Below, one piece after another: positions 56,409-63,089 of a stretch of 64,000 nucleotides of DNA. Position numbers and translations under genes: made by a program. This DNA comes from a virus (lineage: Duplodnaviria > Caudoviricetes), in IMG/VR virus record IMGVR_UViG_3300021431_000101, positions 24,817 through 88,816 of that record. One strand, written 5' to 3'. The notes beneath the pieces are model-generated. The model was given only the letters and a program-made list of their open reading frames with translations, was not told the origin of the DNA and did not search any database. Numbering within the stretch: the first letter of the stretch is position 1; every line of letters starts with the position of its first letter.

Positions 56409-57449
56409 TTAATCAAGCATATAATAATCTTTAATTAAATCTTCGTTTTCCTTTAAGAATAATTCAGCTTGTGCCATACTATGAAAAGCTAAATATTCAT
56501 AACTGTTTCTAGTAGTAACTTCTAATGTATCACCTCTTCTAAGAATTACACAATATCTGTTAATTCCCCATTCGTTATTAGCAATAGCACCTCCAAATCT
56601 TTTATCATTAGCCATTATCTGACTAATACGAGCCATAGCTAATGCAGCTTTAGCTTGTTTTTCAGTAGCAAACACATTATAATTCATAACAATGTTCCAA
56701 CCTGAATGATTTATTATTGTTGAATCAGTATCTATAAAATAACCATTTACATCAGCATCTTGATTATCTCTCCATTTTTCAATCTTAGATAAAGTAAGAG
56801 TATCCCTATTCCATTTATAACCTGCTTCTTTTAATTTATTATAAAATAATTCTTTTTCTTTTTTATTAGCAGGTCTTATACTACCAGAGGTCCACCTATG
56901 ATTACCTTCAGGAACTTTAAACATATTTGAACAATTAATTCCACAATAAGCTACAGGATAGTTAGGATATTCTTCATCTGAACAATCTTTAAATAGGAAT
57001 GGTTTTTTAGATTGAATATCAATTAATACATCTGCTGGCTTAGCATCATTCAGTGACCATTTATGAAAATTTTCATCTATACCTTTAATATTCCACTTTT
57101 GTTCATAACCTGATGATAATTGTTTTATATGATACCTATCATCTATTTTTGTTATTTTATAGATATTACCTATCTCACTTACAATATAATCACCTTCATC
57201 AAATTTAGATTCAATTTCATCTATAATTATAAGATTTTTATTATCATTAGTAGAATTATATAATATACCGTCTATGTTATAAGAAAAAACTTGGTCATTT
57301 TTATCAAAATTAACTAATGCTATTATAGGATAATCAACACATCTTCTATCATAACATAAAATTCTTATAGAATGACCATCTTTTGTTTCAACTGTTGCAC
57401 CATTTCGTGCATCTTTTACATTAAATGTTTTTTTAATTCTTTGTTTCAT
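56409..57449 (-). CDS. modular hypothetical protein
   Basis: 346 aa: ETKDGHSIRILCYD module, DAKP/AYCG/PANKKE module and FATEKQA module. Confidence 0.75.
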   Translation of the reverse strand: MKQRIKKTFNVKDARNGATVETKDGHSIRILCYDRRCVDYPIIALVNFDKNDQVFSYNIDGILYNSTNDNKNLIIIDEIESKFDEGDYIVSEIGNIYKITKIDDRYHIKQLSSGYEQKWNIKGIDENFHKWSLNDAKPADVLIDIQSKKPFLFKDCSDEEYPNYPVAYCGINCSNMFKVPEGNHRWTSGSIRPANKKEKELFYNKLKEAGYKWNRDTLTLSKIEKWRDNQDADVNGYFIDTDSTIINHSGWNIVMNYNVFATEKQAKAALAMARISQIMANDKRFGGAIANNEWGINRYCVILRRGDTLEVTTRNSYEYLAFHSMAQAELFLKENEDLIKDYYMLD

Positions 57450-57613
57450 AATATAAAACTTTTTTGTTGATTAATAATATTATCAGCTATCATATCTTCA
57501 TAGTATTCTTTTAATTCTTCATCTGTCATTTTATTAAGTTCAGAATTAACAATACAATTATAGTCTGAATCATTATGACCCAGACTATCAAAATCTATAA
57601 TATTTTTATTCAT
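57446..57613 (-). CDS. small acidic hypothetical protein (start corrected to 57613)
   Basis: The ORF-track extension to 57664 runs into tRNA-Arg. MNKNIIDF has an A-rich leader. Confidence 0.55.
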   Translation of the reverse strand: MNKNIIDFDSLGHNDSDYNCIVNSELNKMTDEELKEYYEDMIADNIINQQKSFIL

Positions 57614-57639
57614 ATTGTTTTGTTTGAGTTTATTGTTTG

Positions 57640-57713
57640 CGATTTTAGTGGGATTCGAACCCACAACCTACAGCTTAGAAGGCTGTTGCTCTATCCTATT
57701 GAGCTATAAAACC
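57640..57713 (-). tRNA. tRNA-Arg(UCU)
   Basis: Acceptor GGTTTTA/TAAAATC, anticodon arm ACAGC-CTTCTAA-GCTGT, T-arm GTTCGAATC. No encoded CCA. Confidence 0.92.
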
Positions 57714-57830
57714 AAATGTAGGACTTCCACCTACTGTTTACACATAGTTGTTATAGAAAGAAAGTATTAATGGCAGTATTAGCATTATGTGTAATCTTAT
57801 TTTAATTATATTCACATATAATATCAATAG

Positions 57831-57902
57831 TAGAGTATAGGGGAATCGAACCCCTATTAACAGAATGAAAATCTGTCGTCCTAACCGTTAGACGAATACT
57901 CC
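57831..57902 (-). tRNA. tRNA-Glu(UUC)
   Basis: Acceptor GGAGTAT/ATACTCT, ACAGA-TTTTCAT-TCTGT, GGGGTTCGATTCCCC. Confidence 0.92.
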
Positions 57903-57905
57903 AAA

Positions 57906-58104
57906 TATTGTTACTACTTTCACAAGCGATAACAATAATAGAATTAACGTGTATAAACTAAAATCACTATGAAAAAACATTAGTACCACCAATGGGATTT
58001 GAACCCATACGAACATTTCTGTTCAATAGATTTTAAGTCTATCATGTCTGCCAATTCCATCATGGTGGCAATTATTGTTACTACTTTCACAAGCAATAAC
58101 AATA
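57906..58104 (-). repeat. duplicated 32-bp tRNA leader hairpin (57906-57937 and 58073-58104)
   Basis: TATTGTTACTACTTTCACAAGC(G/A)ATAACAATA, 31/32 identical. Confidence 0.85.
57984..58069 (-). tRNA. tRNA-Leu(UAA)
   Basis: Acceptor GCCACCA/TGGTGGT, ATAGA-CTTAAAA-TCTAT, long variable arm, GGGTTCAAATCCC. Confidence 0.92.
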
Positions 58105-58196
58105 GCAATCTCATCATAATTGTTCTCAAATAAGATATTATTATCATTTTCACAAATAACAATAATTATATACGCATTTATCATCAAAAGTGATTG

Positions 58197-58267
58197 TTGG
58201 ACTAAGAAGATTCGAACTTCTACAAACAGAACCAAAATCTGTTGTGCTACCATTACACTATAGTCCA
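58197..58267 (-). tRNA. tRNA-Gln(UUG)
   Basis: Acceptor TGGACTA/TAGTCCA, ACAGA-TTTTGGT-TCTGT, GAAGTTCGAATCTTC. Confidence 0.92.
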
Positions 58268-58316
58268 ATAAAAGTATAACTATTTTCACAAACTGTTATA
58301 CTTGTTTATATTACTA

Positions 58317-58568
58317 CTAAATAAATATACATATATTTGCAATAATACTTGCAATTAATAAACCACAAGTAATTATAGTAATTATTCGATATTTATCTAT
58401 AACTTTTAAAATACTATCAACATACTCGTTATTTTCTTCTGTTTTAGTAAAAAGATTATCACAAACATCGTCATAATCATTCTTAATATGAGCATAATCT
58501 TTTTGACTTTTAATTAACATATCTACTAATTCATTTTTAGTCTTTTTTAGTAATGTTCCTTTTGTCAT
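58317..58568 (-). CDS. small coiled-coil protein with C-terminal TM
   Basis: 83 aa ending IITIITCGLLIASIIANICIFI. Confidence 0.7.
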   Translation of the reverse strand: MTKGTLLKKTKNELVDMLIKSQKDYAHIKNDYDDVCDNLFTKTEENNEYVDSILKVIDKYRIITIITCGLLIASIIANICIFI

Positions 58569-58584
58569 AATATTAATATTTTAA

Positions 58585-58737
58585 TTATTCAAATTCAATA
58601 TCGCAATCATCAGATTCATTATCATCAATCAAATGTTGATAATAATCAGCATCATCATAATCTTGCGTTATACAATCTGTATCAATATTGATGTTGTAAT
58701 CATCAAAATCATTTATAGTATCATCTGTGTATTCCAT
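58585..58737 (-). CDS. 50-aa extremely acidic protein (not in ORF track)
   Basis: Hand-translated MEYTDDTINDFDDYNINIDTDCITQDYDDADYYQHLIDDNESDDCDIEFE: 20 D/E, no K/R. Confidence 0.65.
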   Translation of the reverse strand: MEYTDDTINDFDDYNINIDTDCITQDYDDADYYQHLIDDNESDDCDIEFE

Positions 58738-58742
58738 AAATG

Positions 58743-58750
58743 CAAATATA
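58743..58750 (-). promoter_or_regulatory. -7 box TATATTTG, 5 nt upstream of an ATG
   Basis: Exact TAnnTTTG. No clear -33 box. Confidence 0.45.
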
Positions 58751-58824
58751 CAATATTTTCTTTAAAGGGGTGCTATATTACAACAAAATTAACATAATTA
58801 ACTTTTGTTAAGAGTTGGAATAAA

Positions 58825-58845
58825 GCACCCCTGTAGAAGAGTTGT
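58825..58845 (-). repeat. G-motif variant paired with an inverted partial copy at 58758-58774
   Basis: Minus strand ACAACTCTTCTACAGGGGTGC. AGGGGTGCT / AGCACCCCT 9-bp inverted repeat. Confidence 0.6.
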
Positions 58846-58851
58846 GATGTG

Positions 58852-59259
58852 TTAACCTATCTTTACTTTAGGTGTGATACCACTATTTGTTATACCTATT
58901 GAAGGTGCAATATGATTTTTAATAGCTTCTGCTATCTTTTTAGACTTTTTAACATAATTATATTCTATACCTACTTTTTTAGCAACATCTTTACTTATAT
59001 CTTCGTTGAGATAGTACTTATATTTTTTACCTGTTTTGCCAGATGTTTTATTTACATAACATCTACCATTTTGACAAACAAATATATTATATTTTGTACC
59101 ACTTCGGTCACTCCAAGTATATGGCGTTTCTGTACCTTGTGAAGATTGACGACCTTTGGTAACATTTGTATAATTGTTACCATCAACATTAAATGATTGT
59201 GCATTTACATTAAGAGTAAAAGCAATCATCATAATAATAACATAAATAATTTTTTTCAT
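58852..59259 (-). CDS. exported protein with signal peptide (start corrected to 59259)
   Basis: MKKIIYVIIMMIAFTLNVNA|QSF, an AxA-type signal peptidase I site. Confidence 0.7.
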   Translation of the reverse strand: MKKIIYVIIMMIAFTLNVNAQSFNVDGNNYTNVTKGRQSSQGTETPYTWSDRSGTKYNIFVCQNGRCYVNKTSGKTGKKYKYYLNEDISKDVAKKVGIEYNYVKKSKKIAEAIKNHIAPSIGITNSGITPKVKIG

Positions 59260-59303
59260 AATTTTGTTTGTTTTTAGTTTGTTAATAATATGTGAATAAT
59301 TAA

Positions 59304-59459
59304 TCAAAATACATTTGTTTCAAAAGCAGTATCTATATATCTTAATTTATCTTCTAAATCATCTTGTGACATACTCATCATAAGATTATTTAATAGAGTT
59401 TCTTTACCGATTTGGTCTGCAATAGCATCTGCTTTCATATATAAATCTGGTTTATTCAT
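59304..59459 (-). CDS. 51-aa hypothetical protein (not in ORF track)
   Basis: Hand-translated MNKPDLYMKADAIADQIGKETLL..., ATGA-coupled to the upstream gene. Confidence 0.55.
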   Translation of the reverse strand: MNKPDLYMKADAIADQIGKETLLNNLMMSMSQDDLEDKLRYIDTAFETNVF

Positions 59460-59605
59460 ACGCAAAATTCTTCTTTTAATTCGTTAAATACTTCGTCCAT
59501 CATATCTTCATAAAATGAACGCATTTCTGTAATGCAATTATCAATAGCTTGATTTTCTTCTTTAAGAATTTCAGCTACATAATTATTATATTCTTTGTTA
59601 GTCAT
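59456..59605 (-). CDS. 49-aa acidic hypothetical protein (not in ORF track)
   Basis: Hand-translated MTNKEYNNYVAEILKEENQAIDNCITEMRSFYEDMMDEVFNELKEEFCV. Confidence 0.55.
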   Translation of the reverse strand: MTNKEYNNYVAEILKEENQAIDNCITEMRSFYEDMMDEVFNELKEEFCV

Positions 59606-59888
59606 AAGGCAAAATTGTTGATTTATGTGGTATTTCTAAACAAGCACTTCCTTTAAATATTTGTATTGTATTATTTCTATTAATACTAACTTCAAATTGT
59701 GGTTTTATACCATCAAATATAGTTATACTAAAATCACAAACTTCTAAACTTATATCATTAGGTAACATATGACTAAAATCAATAGTCTTATTACCAATAA
59801 TAAAAGTATTAGGATTCCAAGGATTTGGAATAACAGCGACATCTATACAACCAAATGTCGCTGTTACTAATTTAATCTTTTGATTCAT
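59598..59888 (-). CDS. hypothetical protein
   Basis: 96-aa ORF in the early operon. Confidence 0.6.
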   Translation of the reverse strand: MNQKIKLVTATFGCIDVAVIPNPWNPNTFIIGNKTIDFSHMLPNDISLEVCDFSITIFDGIKPQFEVSINRNNTIQIFKGSACLEIPHKSTILPYD

Positions 59889-60297
59889 TATAATATTTTT
59901 TAATTATATTAGGATAATATTTTGCTAATAAATTCCATGCTGTATCTTCATGTTCTTCAAAAGCTCTATAAGAAAGAAAACAAATAATATCTTTATCTAA
60001 TTCTTTCCAATTAGCTTTAAAAGTTTCAATATCAAGATGTTCCCAAGCGTGCATAGCATTGTCATAATATTCACAATCAATAGCATCACCGTCATCAATA
60101 TGATAAGCAGCATCAATAGTTTGATAAACTACATAACAAGAATCCATGTAATTATATTTTTCAATATTCTCAGGTTGATTAAGAATAGCAATATCAAACT
60201 TATTATTAGCTTTTATAATTGCTGAAATACAAATAATTCCAAATAATATGAATACTAATACTACTATTAAATCTAAGTTTTCTTTTATCTTTTTCAT
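59872..60297 (-). CDS. membrane-anchored hypothetical protein
   Basis: N-terminal TM LIVVLVFILFGIICISAII followed by an acidic domain. Confidence 0.65.
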   Translation of the reverse strand: MKKIKENLDLIVVLVFILFGIICISAIIKANNKFDIAILNQPENIEKYNYMDSCYVVYQTIDAAYHIDDGDAIDCEYYDNAMHAWEHLDIETFKANWKELDKDIICFLSYRAFEEHEDTAWNLLAKYYPNIIKKYYNESKD

Positions 60298-60356
60298 AAT
60301 GATTGCCCATGCCTTTGGGACTTATATTGGTATCAAGCACACCAGTTATTATTTGA

Positions 60357-60530
60357 TTATTTTTTCTTTATATTATATATAATGTATATCAATCCAGAAC
60401 CAATAGTTATTGGAAATAATATACCATTAATAATTCCACAACCATTATTAGTATAATTTATTATCATAACTATTACCCAAACTACTATAACTATCATTAT
60501 AAGTAATTTAAATAGTGATATTTTTCTCAT
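60357..60530 (-). CDS. 57-aa two-TM membrane peptide (not in ORF track)
   Basis: Hand-translated MRKISLFKLLIMIVIVVWVIVMIINYTNNGCGIINGILFPITIGSGLIYIIYNIKKK. Confidence 0.55.
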   Translation of the reverse strand: MRKISLFKLLIMIVIVVWVIVMIINYTNNGCGIINGILFPITIGSGLIYIIYNIKKK

Positions 60531-60899
60531 AGTGATTATGTTGTAATTATAAATGACGTTTTAAGTTAAAATCAATCTTAGCAGTAATAATAATGATAGA
60601 GTAAATGTTAAAATATCAAGTGTTAACAAAATACTGTGTGTATAATTCCAAATAGTGAATTATAAAAGGTAGATAATGTTAAAAATGATATTTTTAGCAG
60701 TAATAAATAAGAGAAAAAGAAAGATGAGAATGAGATGGATAATGAGGAAGAGAAGGTGAACTAGCACCACTAACATCACTTACATCTCCATATCATTCTC
60801 TTTCATTTATAACACTTATCAGTTACCTAACACTTTAAATGCCTCTAACATATTAAATAAGTGAAGCTAGAATTACTCTAACTCCACTTATTATAACAT

Positions 60900-61391
60900 T
60901 TATTGGAAACCAAGCATCAAGTCAGCCAATCTATCCAACTTCTTCAAACCGAAATCAGATAGCTTAATATCTACAACATGATTAATAATTGTAGCATGAC
61001 CAAATACTGTAGCTTCACCACTTGTTGCAAATGGATTAACATATTCTTCATCTGCTGCTACTGTCTGTTGTACGATAGTTATCTTAGCCCTTGAAAGAAT
61101 AATACCAAGAGCATCAGGATTATTAACTAAATGATTAGCAGCAAAAGCTGCATTATCATCATCTTTTAACACTGATGCGATAGCAAAACTACTAACAAAT
61201 ATAATGTTAGTTTTAGCTTCTTGATATTCACCATTTTCATCAGCTCGATAACCATCAACTTCGGTATCAAGTGACAAACCAAGACGAGTATAAGCATCCA
61301 TCTGCTTTACCGTCACGTTCTTTACTGTGATGTTAGCAATCTGCTTAGCACCATTCTTCAACATCTCGTTTACAATTTCCTTGTTGTTCAT
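60900..61391 (-). CDS. crAss-like early protein annotated as ssDNA-binding protein, paralogue 1
   Basis: MLKNGAK...TVKNV...IFVSSFAIASVL...YVNPF...INHVVDIKLS. Confidence 0.7.
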   Translation of the reverse strand: MNNKEIVNEMLKNGAKQIANITVKNVTVKQMDAYTRLGLSLDTEVDGYRADENGEYQEAKTNIIFVSSFAIASVLKDDDNAAFAANHLVNNPDALGIILSRAKITIVQQTVAADEEYVNPFATSGEATVFGHATIINHVVDIKLSDFGLKKLDRLADLMLGFQ

Positions 61392-61444
61392 AATCGTTAA
61401 ATGTTTAATAAGTTAATAAATTAATAAATGAATAAATAATTGTG

Positions 61445-61502
61445 GGACACTTATCAGCTACATATAGCATAAGGTGTCAGAGGACACTTATCAGCTACAT
61501 AT
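61445..61502. repeat. 21-bp direct repeat x2 with internal inverted arm
   Basis: GGACACTTATCAGCTACATAT at 61445 and 61482, ATAAGGTGTC between them. Confidence 0.85.
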
Positions 61503-61529
61503 TGCGTATAAACATCATCTAAACTTAAT

Positions 61530-61571
61530 ATGTTGATGTTGAGTTCAAATCTTATTATGTTGATGTTGAGT
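61530..61571. repeat. ATGTTGATGTTGAGT x2 (third copy at 63065-63079)
   Basis: Exact 15-mers at 61530, 61557 and 63065. Confidence 0.85.
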
Positions 61572-61589
61572 ATTTATACCACAAAAGTA

Positions 61590-61634
61590 ATCTCCAATAT
61601 TACCACTATCTTTAATAGCAGTAATATTGGAGAT
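61590..61634 (-). terminator. long hairpin after the 61640 gene
   Basis: ATCTCCAATATTAC / GTAATATTGGAGAT perfect 14-bp stem. Confidence 0.65.
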
Positions 61635-61639
61635 TTCTA

Positions 61640-61888
61640 TTAGATTGATTTGTCCTTATATGCTATAAAGTGGCTATCTTTATAAACTAATGCCACATCT
61701 ATAACATTATAATCATTTTCAACCAAAGATACTACTATAGTATCACCTTCAAATATGGTGATATGTTTAATATTAGCTAAATCAAATTCTGTGAAATCAA
61801 TTCTAGTAGTACCAACATATAGATTGTTATTTTCTATTTTACAATCTATTCTGCTTATAAAATGTTGTGTGCTTATTGTTACTTCCAT
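61640..61888 (-). CDS. hypothetical protein (start corrected to 61888)
   Basis: The ORF-track extension crosses the terminator at 61914-61955. Confidence 0.6.
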   Translation of the reverse strand: MEVTISTQHFISRIDCKIENNNLYVGTTRIDFTEFDLANIKHITIFEGDTIVVSLVENDYNVIDVALVYKDSHFIAYKDKSI

Positions 61889-61913
61889 AATTATTGTTAT
61901 TTTAATTATTAAT

Positions 61914-61955
61914 AAAAATGTCACCACCAACACTATTTCTAGCATTAGTGGTGAC
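61914..61955 (-). terminator. intrinsic terminator
   Basis: GTCACCAC / GTGGTGAC stem with T5 on the minus strand. Confidence 0.65.
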
Positions 61956-61963
61956 GTTATTTA

Positions 61964-62356
61964 TTAGTATAAACTGCGACGGTTTTTACAATATTGTTTA
62001 AATCCTATTGGCAGTTCATCTTTAAATGTTTCTGTATATATAACTCCATTAGGATGCATTGTAGTTATAACTACAATAACTTTGATATATACATCTTCCA
62101 TTATAGGATGTTGTATAACAAAGCTCCACCTATTTGCTACATTATCATAACGATAATTGCAAAATGGAGTAATATATGTTCTACCAAAACGTGGTTCATA
62201 ATCTGGGTCTAAACCTTTTAATGTTGTACGATTAGAAAGTTTAAAAACACACATATTGCTATTAAAATTGAGAGATATAAGGTCTATTTCTCTATTAGCA
62301 AAAATAGAACTATCTTCTATACTTCTCCAATATATATCTGTTATTCTCTGTTTCAT
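61964..62356 (-). CDS. hypothetical protein
   Basis: 130-aa ORF with an A-rich leader. Confidence 0.65.
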   Translation of the reverse strand: MKQRITDIYWRSIEDSSIFANREIDLISLNFNSNMCVFKLSNRTTLKGLDPDYEPRFGRTYITPFCNYRYDNVANRWSFVIQHPIMEDVYIKVIVVITTMHPNGVIYTETFKDELPIGFKQYCKNRRSLY

Positions 62357-62407
62357 TTTTATTCCCTTTCTTTGTTTTAGTTTGTTTTCTTCTATTTATA
62401 AAAGTAT

Positions 62408-62449
62408 AAGCATCTATGAGAGCAAGAAGATTATCTCTCACAGATGCTT
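62408..62449 (-). terminator. hairpin after ssb-like paralogue 2
   Basis: AAGCATCT/AGATGCTT outer stem and TGAGAG/CTCTCA inner stem. Confidence 0.6.
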
Positions 62450-62462
62450 TATGTGTATGATA

Positions 62463-62960
62463 TTAGATACCAAGAATAGCATCTTCTATCTTTTCCACTG
62501 CTCTCATTCCTTTCGGACTAAGAGCAATCTTGACAACATGATGATACACACTGTCATAACCTTTTGGGTCTTTGGCAGTAGCATCATCACTGAAAGGATT
62601 GACGTATGCAACGTCACCTTTTACATCTTCACTAACTACATCTATTGATGCATTAGTAAGGATGATTTGTAAAGAAGAAGGCTTTTCTTTCACCCACATC
62701 TTTGTTGTTGCTGTATCTGGATTTTCACCCAACACAGCTGCTATAGAAGAAACAGATACAAAGATAGTATCAGTATCTCCTATAAGCATTTCGCCAGTTT
62801 CAGGGTCGGCAACGACACCTCTAACAGGCTTGTTAAGAACAATGCGCAGTCTTGCTATCTCGTTCTTAACATACTCTGACACAGACTTTACAGTTACTGT
62901 ATCCTTAACTGCGCCCTCTTTAAGCAGCTGAGCGACCACTGCATTTATCTCCTTTTTCAT
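62463..62960 (-). CDS. crAss-like early ssDNA-binding-type protein, paralogue 2
   Basis: LLKEGA...TVKSV...IFVSVSSIAAVL...YVNPF...YHHVVKIALS, colinear with 60900..61391. Confidence 0.7.
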   Translation of the reverse strand: MKKEINAVVAQLLKEGAVKDTVTVKSVSEYVKNEIARLRIVLNKPVRGVVADPETGEMLIGDTDTIFVSVSSIAAVLGENPDTATTKMWVKEKPSSLQIILTNASIDVVSEDVKGDVAYVNPFSDDATAKDPKGYDSVYHHVVKIALSPKGMRAVEKIEDAILGI

Positions 62961-63089
62961 AGTGATTTAGTTTAGGAGATTGCTCACAATTACGGTGAGT
63001 ACGTAGACACATAGCAGGTTCAGCACCACTTGCTAAACTTGTTACTATATAACCAAAACTTCTAATGTTGATGTTGAGTTTGTATTGGA

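Noticed and set aside
57560-58200. tRNA-associated theta (HDV-like) ribozymes
   Set aside because: The 3' trailers of all four tRNAs are A/T-rich with no visible nested pseudoknot.
57980-58289. ORFs 57980..58162 and 58023..58289, and the 5' extension of 57446..57664
   Set aside because: They overlap well-formed tRNA genes and are incidental frames.
57906-58303. CRISPR mini-array from the ~32-bp repeated hairpins
   Set aside because: The intervening sequences are tRNAs of unequal length, only two repeats are near identical, and no cas genes are present.
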